DNA of 64,000 nt from the NCBI GenBank assembly GCA_030141605.1, contig JAQGDQ010002370.1, positions 213,167-277,166 of the forward strand. Reading direction: 5' to 3'. Within the stretch, counting starts at the first letter, position 1. Each line of letters opens with the position of its first letter. The notes under the pieces were generated by a model. That model was given only the letters and a program-made list of their open reading frames with translations, did no database searches and was not told the DNA's origin. Source of the DNA: Tubiluchus corallicola (Eukaryota; Animalia; Priapulida). The translations under genes were made by a program, and so were the position numbers. Positions 50,182 to 61,415 of this stretch are shown here, piece by piece.

Positions 50182-53100
50182 ATGGATACCGGCAACAATG
50201 CTGCATGTGACAATGCTGCTAGTGATTATTCCATCAGTAGAAGTAATGTTCATGTACCGATGTACGAAGAGATTTCACATTCTGGCGTTCAGTTTGCTGG
50301 CATGTCGAAAAATGTGATGAGAAAGGAACCCATTAAAAAAGTATTGAGTGTTAGTGAACTTGATGCGGTAAGTTAGAAATTCCTTATATGTTAAGAGGCA
50401 CAGAGAGCTCGCCGATGCTCATAACGTTATGTGGCTATCTTTCAGCAATCGTAATAAACGTTTTAGCGTTTTACAAACAAAATGAAAATAATATTGAGCA
50501 ACCACTTTCTTTTTTCCATTTTGCTTGAATATTATCCATTCAGTACACTCCATTTTACAGTATAACATCGATCGGATTATATATAGTCAACCCAACAATA
50601 TTTATTATTAAATAAATACACAAAATTTATTGTAAACTCTGTTTGTTATCAATTTTCTTACGATTATGGGCATGAAATTATTATATTGCTTAGGTTAACA
50701 TAACTTGGGAGAATATAAACGTCTGGGCGACGCTGAAAGGTGGACGAAGTCGACATGATAGAGAAGCTGGACAATCTGACCCGGAAAAGCAAACAGAAAA
50801 AAGAGTTAAGAAGCATATTCTCCGAAATGGTATTAAAACAAAATTTAAAGACTATTTACTAGCACGACATTACATTAGTCTTTGTCACATTATTTTAATA
50901 ACTTGAGTTGGCCATTTCAATGTGCATCTAAGTTAAACAATCTGTTTATTTAAATTCCTCTAAAAGTAAATAATTTTGAGAAATATACGTTAAACTAACT
51001 AGCACAGAACGGGCTGCTTCTACAAAAGATTGAATTGTTTCTGATAGGTGTAGTCACTGGCCACCCGAATAAATTAAGATCGTGTAAGTAGAGCGCATAT
51101 AGAAACTGTAAATAATTTTTGTAATAACACGTTTTCTTCACTCTGCACCCAATTTTCGTATTTAGTTTAGCATAGCTTTGTGCTGCAGTAAAGTGATTCG
51201 AGTTCTCGCTTAGAGCTGAGGGCTTGCTTCTACTATAAGTTCCGTAGCACAAAGGATAAGGCAGCAGCACCTTCATGCTATACTCAGGAGACTGCACTGT
51301 TAATGCAGCTTGGTTTTACTTTATGCCATTTTAAATTTGAGAATGTTTTGGAAAATGCATTCCCGAGAGGTGTAGGCCTTTTATTTAGTTAATAATGAGA
51401 TTAAGTAATTCACGTTAGTCTGTTAGGAGTGCTCATCCCAACTGCATCTAGTAAATTGTTGTAAAAAGTTGTCCTGCTCGCTTGTTTATTCCAACGACAT
51501 TAATTTACAAGTTTCATTAATATGTTTTGTGAAAATTTGTTATTGCAGTTACTGGGTACGCAAAAGCCGGTACGCTGTTAGCAATTATGGGTGCCAGGTA
51601 TAAAAGCATAGTCATATTAAGAAAAATTATATTGTTGACAAAAATATTTATATTGTCAAATTGAAGGCAAAATAGATTCTATACACTCGGATCGATTTAA
51701 AAGAGTTTATTTAGCTGTAATTATTTTCCGAAATTATCATAGCCAAAATTCATGTTAAATCAGTTTTGCAATAATTATTACTTTACAAGCCGACTGGCTG
51801 ACAAGTAAGGATACGAACCAGAAGCAAGATTCATTTGTTGTTTGTTTGTTTTAGTGGTGCAGGCAAAAGTACACTTATGAACATTCTGACGCACAGGAAT
51901 ACTGAAATGTATACTGTTGAGGGTACAGTCAAAATTAATGGACAGCCAATTGGTTTTGGTCCTGGCATGAGGTCCATTTCGGCATACGTTCAGCAGGAAG
52001 ATTTGTTCATTGGTACCCTAAAAGTAAAAGAACATTTGAGATTTCAGGTATTTTAATTGCACTGTCAAAAGCTTCACCACACAGAGTTTGTCTACATTTG
52101 AAACAGATTAAGGTTTTTAGTTCATTACACTTCTTTTTACAATTTAGCTTATATTACTGTCTTATATAGAGTACCAAAAGCATTTTTCAAACATTTCTTA
52201 AAAAATAAATAACAAAAATGATTAAAACAAAGTGTGGCAGTGTAGCTTGTACTAATCATTTTAGTGTACCTTGTACAACGCAAGTTATTTTTAAACAATG
52301 AAACAAACTATACCACTGCAAACAATTCAGTATCAACATAACAAAACAACAAATCAATACATTTCAGTAACACAACAACAATGCAGTGCAATACAATACA
52401 GCAATACAAAAATGTCAGGCGATACAGTATAGCGTTCAGGACAACAATGTATGCTAAACACTAGATCACTGGTCTTATGCTGTGCTGCTGTGCAAAATTG
52501 TACATCTAAAATATCTGCTGTTTTGAGTTGTAGGCTCTATTGAGGATGGACAAAGAATTCACGTATTCTCAGCGAATGAAGAAAGTCGAAGAAACTCTCA
52601 CGGAGGTAATTTGCTACACCTGTATTCGTTTTTAGGATTTTAAAATAATTTATACTAAATTTTTTCGAGCCATAATTAAATTACTCAATTCTGCCGATGA
52701 TAAAAGAGGAAAAAATAGTCAAAGAAAAAGCATAAAAAATTTTCAGAAGAATGAAAGACTTAAAAAGGAATGAAGGGAAAAGGGGGCATCGAAAAAATTA
52801 TGAAAAGAATAGAAAGAAGGAAGCAAAATCATGTGAAATAATTATTTGCCATTACAGCTTGGTTTAAAGAAATGCGAGAACACATGGATAGGCGTCCCTG
52901 GTAGAATAAAAGGTATTTCAGGAGGCGAAAGAAAGCGTCTTGCATTTGCATCTGAGGTTAGTAAGTTATACTTTGATAATGAAGAAGCATTGACTCGTTT
53001 GTATTTATTAAAATATTGCTGGCACCTTTTGTGTCTGTGCTATTACTGAAGGTTAATAATGACATGGTAGCTACTATATGTAGAATAGTTTGAAAATTTT

Positions 53101-56100
53101 ACCTACCCATCATTGTCATAACAATTTTTATTAAAAGACTGTTAAAATCAGTCTTACATTGTTTGAAAATAAGTTTGCTCTAACTATACCTGCAATGTTA
53201 TGGGTCTTGAATTAGCATCATAGCATTTACAAATGATCTGTAAAGAGAAAAAACATTTGTCATAATTATTTCAGCAACTATAATGAAATAAATGCCTTTT
53301 TCTAGATGCTAACAAATCCAAAATTAATGTTTTGCGATGAACCAACATCTGGTTTGGACTCCTTTATGGCACAAAACATCATATCTGTTTTGAAAGACAT
53401 GGCTTGTAAAGGGCGAACTATCCTGTGCACCATACATCAACCTTCATCTGAAGTGTATGCCATGTTCGACAGGTAAAAGTGCCGTGTATACATTTTCTAC
53501 ATGCAAAAATGTAGACTTCATGCTTCACTATCTAAATACATATATATTTTATAAACCATTTTAACAGTAATAGTGACTACGTAGTTACTTTTGGCTTCCA
53601 ATTTTTATTGCTGAGTCATTTTAAATTTAAAATATGTTTTTACCTGAAAACATTAAAAATTTGTATTTAGTTATTTAAATTTTAAACTTTTAACTTTTAA
53701 ATCTCGTATGACTTTTATGCTTTCTAAGACATATTTAACGTATTCCCTAATTTCTAGTTCTGAATGACGGTTGATAGCATTTTTAAACGCCTATGTATTT
53801 CCATTTACTTATGCTTTTTCCTGAGTATTTTTTTGTAATTTTAGGATACAGTTTTTTGCTGGTTTTAGACTTTGTTTTACTCGCTTAAAATTCCAAATTT
53901 GCCTTCTGCTAACTTACTTGGACCATAGAAACAACTGCTTGACAATGTTTTTTATGTAGGCCTATATATGTAAAAATAAATTACTATTCTCTAAATTGTA
54001 ATGCAGGATATTGTTAATGGCAGAAGGCAGGGTGGCATATTTAGGTTCAAGAAAAACTATTCATACATTTTTCAAGACGATGGATTACAAATGTCCACCA
54101 AAGTTTAATCCTGCTGATTACTATGTGCACAGTTTAGCTGTAATCCCAGAAAAGGAGGCCCAATGCAAAGACAAAGTAGAGGTACGTACGCAGCTGCAGC
54201 ATTACCTGTAGTAAAGATTTTATAATTATTTGAGCTTATAACTTCAATTGAATTTTGTTAAAACATTTTTTATTAATAATTTGTTGGGTGAATAACGGCT
54301 TTCATTAATTGTAATTTTCATTAATTAAAACTGTCTTTTCGTTTTTCTTACTTTCCAACTTGTTACTTTCAGAGAATATGTAACGCATTTGAAGTTTCCC
54401 CTCAAGGTTATCTTGTCAAACAAGTTATCATGGAGGATAATCGAAATGAACAGCTCATTGACGTAAGAAAGCAGCTGATATTAATTGGCATTGCATCTTT
54501 TAATATGTTGTTCAGTTTAGTAGCATTTATTAACAATCACTAATGTTGGATCTGTTAATATGTTATTCAGTATAGTAAGCCTCCGTTCGTGCATCTGTCC
54601 CTTTGGCTGTCCATGCTTCCGCCCGCCCGTTTGTCTGTAATTTCGTTATTGGTCTTGTGAACACTTTTCAAGCTAACCTTTTTTCAAACATGACATTCAT
54701 TTTTCATATAATATATAGGCTCATCTGTCAGTAGAGAAACGGCCCTATCGACTTTGTGCGCCCCTTATCAAAGGTCAAGGTCTCAGTTGGAAAAGTTTGT
54801 GAACACATAGCCTAAACTTTCATATTTTACGTATTCATCGACTGTCAACAGGGGAAGAATCTTATGGGTTTTGAGGCCTTAAGATCAAAAGTCAGTGTCA
54901 TAGGATACACTACTTGAAAAAGGTTGCGGACTCATTCTAAGTCTAAAAAATTAATGCAATGCATTCGACTTTCACATGTGGGCCACCCATCAATAGGAGA
55001 AGAACCTTATCGCTTTTGGAGCCCCAGGGTTAAAAGTCTGAGTCACAGGAACCAATACGGAATAATACTGTTGTCAGGGGATGTTCCGCTTTGTGGTGTG
55101 CTTTGTTGATATTTGTAGTAAATGCAATTTTGTAATATCTTGTTATGTATTACAAATAACGCTTAACCAAGACAGCTGTTTTCAGCAGTTTCATTGCAAT
55201 TATTTATACATGCATTTTTTCAGTTCGGTGAATTGCTGGCTCATCGTTCTGCGTAAGTAACCTCTGTTCATTAAATACAATCCAGTAACTATATTTTAAT
55301 TATTTAGTAATAATACAAAAGATTGCAGTTTATGAGTTTTTATTAAATTAGTTTTAGCTACTTTTTGCGTAAAAAATTGTTGAAAATACCACTGGAAACA
55401 AGAATACAAAAACTGAAAAACCAGACTTCCAAATTCAAAATGCATCTGAACTCCTTGCTGCTAGCATTTTTGTTGTCACGATTATTGTGGTTGTACTTTG
55501 TGACGCATTTGCGATAAGTACCTGCACAAGTGAATGAGTGCCGTCATTTAAATTTCAATTTCACTAATTTAACTTGAGGTTTTCCTTATCAAGTATTGCC
55601 AAACAATCACAGATATTTTTTCATCTTTTCCTTTTCAGACTCACGTATACTTTAATGTAGAAAATCAAGTAGCCAATTATAACCAGCACACGTAATTCTT
55701 ATTGTAAGTGGTTTAGCAATTACAAGCCTAAAAGTCTGTCGCCTGCGAATTACAGTTAACCAAACATTTTAGCGTATGTTTCATTTAGGTATAAAGCAAG
55801 TTGGATAAAGCAGTTTATCACTCTAACACACAGAGCATTAATCAGCGTGATTCGAGATCCAATGGCAATAAAAGTGAGAACTTTTCAAACAATGGTAAGT
55901 AGAAATCAGACTTAACTAACTAAAAGCTATGTGAATATGATGCGAAAAATATTGTATACGAGAGGTTTATTAGTGCAAAACATCTGATGCTTTTTTCAAC
56001 TCTTTTCAGTTTTCACAAATTTTTATTTTGTAGGTGATTGGTATAATACTTGGAATTGTCTACCTGCAGCAGGAAATGAATCAAGAAGCTGTGCAAAACA

Positions 56101-59100
56101 TCACTGGCGTCCTGTTTCTTCTAATTATAAATATGACTATGCAGAACTTATTTTCAGTAGTTCACGTAAGGGAAAACTGTAAAAATCCCATCTACACGAA
56201 CTGCTTCAATAACTGCAGCATCACCGTTGCTGAATCCGTAATACGGAACGGGGTGTTGTTACGTCACAAAACAGCAAAGCTCTAAAATACTTCAGTAAAA
56301 TGCTTTATCTAATGAAGTTAGAATCGTAATCTGGTTCATTATCAAGAATAATTATCTAAAAGGAGACATTGAACTGGCAGAAATTCTTGGCTTCATTCAG
56401 ACACATCCTTGCTCAATGGGGTAAAAAGCTAAGATCAGTGTGGTAGACGAAACCACCCAAGACACTTTTTTCAGCAGAAGCTGAGCATCGCTGTTAGGTA
56501 TAGCCTTGTATCACACTTCAAAGAAAATCTTTTTGATCGAAGCTTCGATTGATGTCTTCACAAACCTGGCTTGAGCAGTCATGCACAATCGAACCTGCAA
56601 ATCAATTTAGGCATATTTAAGGTTAATGATCCCACTCGAATTTCTGATCGTATTACAAAAAACATTTATTTACCGGCTTCCTTTACTTTACTCCCAGCCT
56701 GGTGGATGTATATATATATATATATATATCACTGGATGTATCACTAAAATACTTCTTGTATGCAATTTTTGCATAAGGATAATTTCCATGAAAGTTTAAG
56801 AGAATTTGGAAGTTTGGGTTAAGCTGAAATCACGCACATTCATTTTGTAAATAATGTAGCTTGAAAATTTTTATTACTAGGCCGATGTTTTTACTCCAGT
56901 TATTAAAATATATGTACTTTTAGTTGTTTCTGCTTGCAGGTGTTTTGTGAAGAGTGTGTCATTTTCCTGAGGGAGCACTTTAATGGTTGCTATAGGTTGG
57001 ACACATATTTCCTCAGCAAAATGCTGGCAGAGGTAGGGGCTGTATATTATATACACTGATGAAATTAGTGATAAGAGTTATTTAAAGCAAGTAAGTGATA
57101 CTGGATAAATGTTTTTAATTTAATGCAGAATTATTGCAAAGCTGCATACGTAATTAAGGTGTGACGTAATACAGACTTAATTATAAATCTGAAATTCTGC
57201 AACATCAGTTTTCGATGCTGCAAGGTTTTAGGAAAAAAGGAAGAAATATTACATACTTATGGGGAAATATTTAATCTCGTTAAGAAATAGTAATATGAAA
57301 TATCACACAGAGAAACTAAAACTCCATATTAGGCATTTAGTGGTTTTGAGATATAATAGTGTAATCTTTCAAATTATTGTATCATTCAACTACCATTGTT
57401 CTTTCAGCTACCATTTTTCATCCTGTTGCCATTTCTGTTTACGCTTATAGACTATTTTATGGTGGGTAAGTAATAATGGATCCTTATCCCGCATTTTTAT
57501 TTTGTAGTGAGCTTTTTATTTTAAACTTTGATGTATGTTTTACTTATTGAGTAGTTTTCTGTGTTTTTTCAGGTTTATATCCTTCAGCGTCGCACTTTTT
57601 TGTTTGCGCAGGAATTCTCATTTTAATAGCTAATGTAGCAGCGTCATTCGGTAAGCTTACGATCACACAAGATATTCTAATTTTGTAATTTTTTTCAACA
57701 ATTTCTGTGAGCATCTATGTCATATTTTGGTCCAGGGAGCCATATTTTGGTTCAGTAAGCGCCATGCAGAAATATGGCATCAGTATCAATTAAAGTATAA
57801 AATAAAAGTCTGTTGCTGATAATTTTAAGAGCAAGAAGGTACAAAAGCGAAATCTCTAGCACAATTTGCAAAAAGACATTAAAATAAACAATTGAACAAG
57901 CTTATTTTAACAATAGTATAAATTATGTGCGACAATTAACACTGCTCAGCAATTACATATTATTTGCACATGCTTTAGCAAAGTGAGGGACGAATAGTAT
58001 AATGTTGTACTAACAATAGATGAAGTTCGCATGTACCATGCAGTAAATGAAATCTGCTGTGTTTGCCAGATGCCTAAGACGAGGCGAATGTTTTTGTGTG
58101 GCAGCTCACATTTTTGCAGAAATAGTATGGGAGAGAATATAACATACTGTTATACTGTTGTACTAACAATAACATGAAATTCGCATATACCAGGCAGGCA
58201 GTAAAAGGAGCCTGCTGTGTTTGCCAAATGTTCCAGACAAGGTGAATATCTTTGTGTGGCAGCTCACGCTTTTACACAAACAATTCATTTTATAATTAAG
58301 ATAATAAATTATGTAACAGGTAATTCTGCCCTAATTGATGAGCAACAGACATTACAGTAGCTTTGATTAGGTCTCTTTTTAAACCAGCCTGTTTTAAGAA
58401 GTAGTAGTATTATTTGCATGGCTTATGTTTCTGTTTGTAGGCAAAGGTTACTTAACACTTTAATTTGAATGACCTTGATTAACTTTGATTGGCAAGATTT
58501 CTTTGCATCAACTCATCGTTTTTTTCATTTCCTTTCCAGGTTATATGATGTCTTGCTTCTCCTCCAATCCGGAGATTGTAATGGCTGCTGCTGCGCCATT
58601 TCTTATGCCAATGATGCTGTTTGGTGGTCTATTGCTGAATGTGGAGTAAGTTAAATTTACCAAACAACAATAGTTGCAAGGTATTAATATTATTATGTAG
58701 GTGCTCTATTTAATGACAGGGCTTTGCCTGCTCACTATCACTGTTCAAGAACGTGTAGATAGAATTAGCTGGCTAAGCAGATGGCAGAAAATTAATTTGA
58801 GGACTGAGTCAGATATTAAATTGAGAGTAAAACCAGGAACGCAGGCGAAAAATTTTTCAACGTGGACTTCAAGACTTTTTTGTGCGTTATTCAGGGGCAT
58901 GCGGCAAGACCACTTGCTATCATGAACGATTTTTTTCACGTTTGGGTTCACATTGATGATGACAAAAGGCATTGCCGAATTATCTGAATTATAATATGAA
59001 TGTGTATTTCCAGGTCGATTCCTGTATATTTTATATGGCTTGAATATCTCAGCTGGTTTAAATACGGGAATGAGGCTCTGAACATCAACCAATGGAAAGA

Positions 59101-59846
59101 TGTTACAGAAATATGCAAGTATTTGTGCTGGGGGTAGCATATAAATGTTCCATCAATAAATTCTGTTAATCACAGTTTAGTGCAATTTGGCATATTTTAT
59201 TATTCGAAATTTTTCTGTGTAGACAATTTATCAACTTAGGCTTATCTTAATACTGTGAATTATTAAAATATTATATGGAATTTTCATTACATGTTTAATT
59301 TATAGCATGTGAAAATGGCAATGAAACTCAGCGGCCTTGCATACATGATGGGACAGCTGTGCTTCACCAGTTCAACTTTAAAGAGGTATCTTAACAGAAA
59401 TCGTTTCTGTGTATGTCAAAACACAGCAGTTTTATTTACAAGAAAACTGTTTGAATTGGATGAGAGTGGTGATACACGCTAACAGAATTTTCAGGTTTTA
59501 TGAATTTCATGACCCTCATTATTTTAAGAAGCCAGACTCAAAAGAGTCTGACACAGTCTTTTAAGAGTGTGACACAAAATTCTCAGGAAGAAATTTTTGA
59601 CATTTTCCTATGGTATAAGCTTGAGCTAACAACTGTGATCTAGTTTTGAGATTTGTATGAGAACATTTTTGCTGTAATCCAATTTTTGGACTCCTTATTT
59701 TCCTTAAATAATATAGTTATATTGTTTTTATTTGTCTTTTTCAGGATAATATGTACCAGAACGTTGGCTTGTTATTCGTTCTGATGGCTGGATACAGGCT
59801 TTTGGGTTTCATCATTCTTTCATTTCGAACACGCAATAAAGGCTAG
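50182..59846 (+). CDS. white: White-like ABCG half-transporter, copy C, 683 aa
   Basis: 19 exons with the same intron positions as copy A: 50182-50367 (in-frame upstream ATG at 50173, absent in copy D), 50694-50829, 51549-51597, 51855-52047, 52534-52605, 52858-52956, 53306-53472, 54007-54181, 54373-54462, 55224-55252, 55789-55894, 56034-56165, 56940-57032, 57408-57465, 57573-57650, 58540-58645, 59014-59114 (GC donor), 59306-59385, 59745-59846 (2052 nt). All NBD motifs are intact. Confidence 0.92.
54565..55108 (+). mobile_element. HINE/DINE-1/pearl-like (Helentron-associated) non-autonomous element in white-C intron 9
   Basis: 5' TATAGT followed by a CCGT/CTGT/CCGC microsatellite-like tract. 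Three degenerate ~130-150 bp core units each end in a AAAGGTCAAGGTC-like motif (54770, 54888, 55032), and the element ends ..CTTTGTT. This modular structure is typical of HINEs in invertebrates. Confidence 0.55.
56370..56510 (+). mobile_element. Possible relic of an RLE-type (CRE-like) non-LTR retrotransposon C-terminus
   Basis: Frameshifted remnants WGKKLRSV.. and [10 protein letters not shown] resemble the terminal motif LGKRL..TG....FLFQRLSIAVQRGN. By eye only. Confidence 0.3.
58002..58277. repeat. Two diverged direct repeats of ~120 bp (period ~154 bp) in white-C intron 15
   Basis: 58002-58120 and 58156-58277 share TGTTGTACTAACAATA..TTCGCAT.TACCA.GCAG..CTGCTGTGTTTGCCA..TTTGTGTGGCAGCTCAC. 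Confidence 0.85.
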
Positions 59847-61415
59847 GTTGATGACATGATGCCAGAAATAGATGCATTTAAAGTGCAAAATTAAAGTCTA
59901 TGCTTATCTTGTTTTGAAGCTTTTCCAATCCGAAGTTAATTATCTACACTTAAATTTAGTATTTCTTTGTTAAAATTCTAAATCAGTAATGTAGGCCTAA
60001 ATCCAACAAACTCAATGTTTTGCATTTAGTTTTTTCTTTACCGTGGATATGTAATAGGTTTTTACAGTGGCAGTTTATAAAGCCGAAATGCTCAAATTCA
60101 ATTCAACCTTAAAATAATATATTGATTTAACATATATCGTAATCACATTAATTTTGAAATACAATATATAATCAATAAAGTAAAAAAATAATTACGCGAA
60201 AATGATCACTGTTTTTAAAAAAGATAATGAAGGGAGACCTAAGAAGCTATGGCTTATGGCAGGACACCCATACATGCTACATAATATTAAGATGTTATAC
60301 AATGTTAAAATCTAAAGGATTTAAATGATTAAATAGTCTGATATGTTTAACACATGTTCAACGCTTTGGGTTCTTTCAGTATTTATGCGATTCTTTGCAA
60401 AAATATTATAATATGTATAAATGATTGTAGGCTACTGTTGTTTGCAGTGTGTCAATAAAAGCTTCCCAACTTTCTAGTATTTTTTTATAACATATCGTCA
60501 TTGTCTGTATATTATGTCTGACATTGTGATTTTTTTATTGTCTAAACAACCGAATGAAATAAATGAATAGAAATACAAAAGAAAGAGCTTAAAGGCAAGG
60601 AGAAAAAAGTGAAAGAAAAATTGACAATAACAGTTAGAAAGTGTTTAACAGAAAAACAAATACAAAGAGAACAGAAAGAGAGGGAGAGAGGAAAGAGAGG
60701 GAGAAAGAGAGAGAATACTATAGCACAAGGCGCACGATGGTCTTGAAACTATTATTACCGATGGTAGAATAAGCAGTATAAAATATTCTGTATGCATGTT
60801 ATGCAAGGAACAGGATACACTGCATATAAAAACCCATGACACGTCCGCATTACTCTTTTGGCTTAACGACGTCAATGGTCAAAGCGTGATTATGGTGCTT
60901 TATATATTATGTGCATTTAATATTTGTTCTATTGTTCTGTGCTGAGTCAACGTACGCTACAGTGAGCTGTGTAAGTAGACTTACTTTTCAAAATAAGTTA
61001 TGGCAGACACTGTTACAAGTGGTCACACATTTATGCTTACCAAGCCTACTGGTTTAAAGTTAAGATTAAAAAATTTACTGCTTTAATTCTAGTTCGAATA
61101 AATTTAAATCCTATGTAAGCCTACGCAAAAATTAATTTGAGGGTTTACAAATAACAACATAGGTTTCACGTTGACGGACTCATTTACGTCGTTGCTTACA
61201 TTAAACACGCGTAACCGAAATTATATCAGCCGGGAACTGTATAATGTTCTTTTACAGATTTTATTGACAAAGCTTAAATATCTCTTGCTATCTGTTGTTT
61301 CTTCACATAAAGGTTTACCTGTCCTGTTCTATCGATTTTTCCATTTAATTTTTTTGTCTTTGAGACAAGGCGAAGCAGAAACAAACCAGCAGAAAATTCG
61401 TCTGGGAATAACCAG

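Noticed and set aside
50995-51297. 100-115 aa antisense ORF present twice (also 63015-63362)
   Set aside because: It lies in intron 2 of C and D and is shared only because of the recent duplication; the stop positions differ and copy A has no counterpart.
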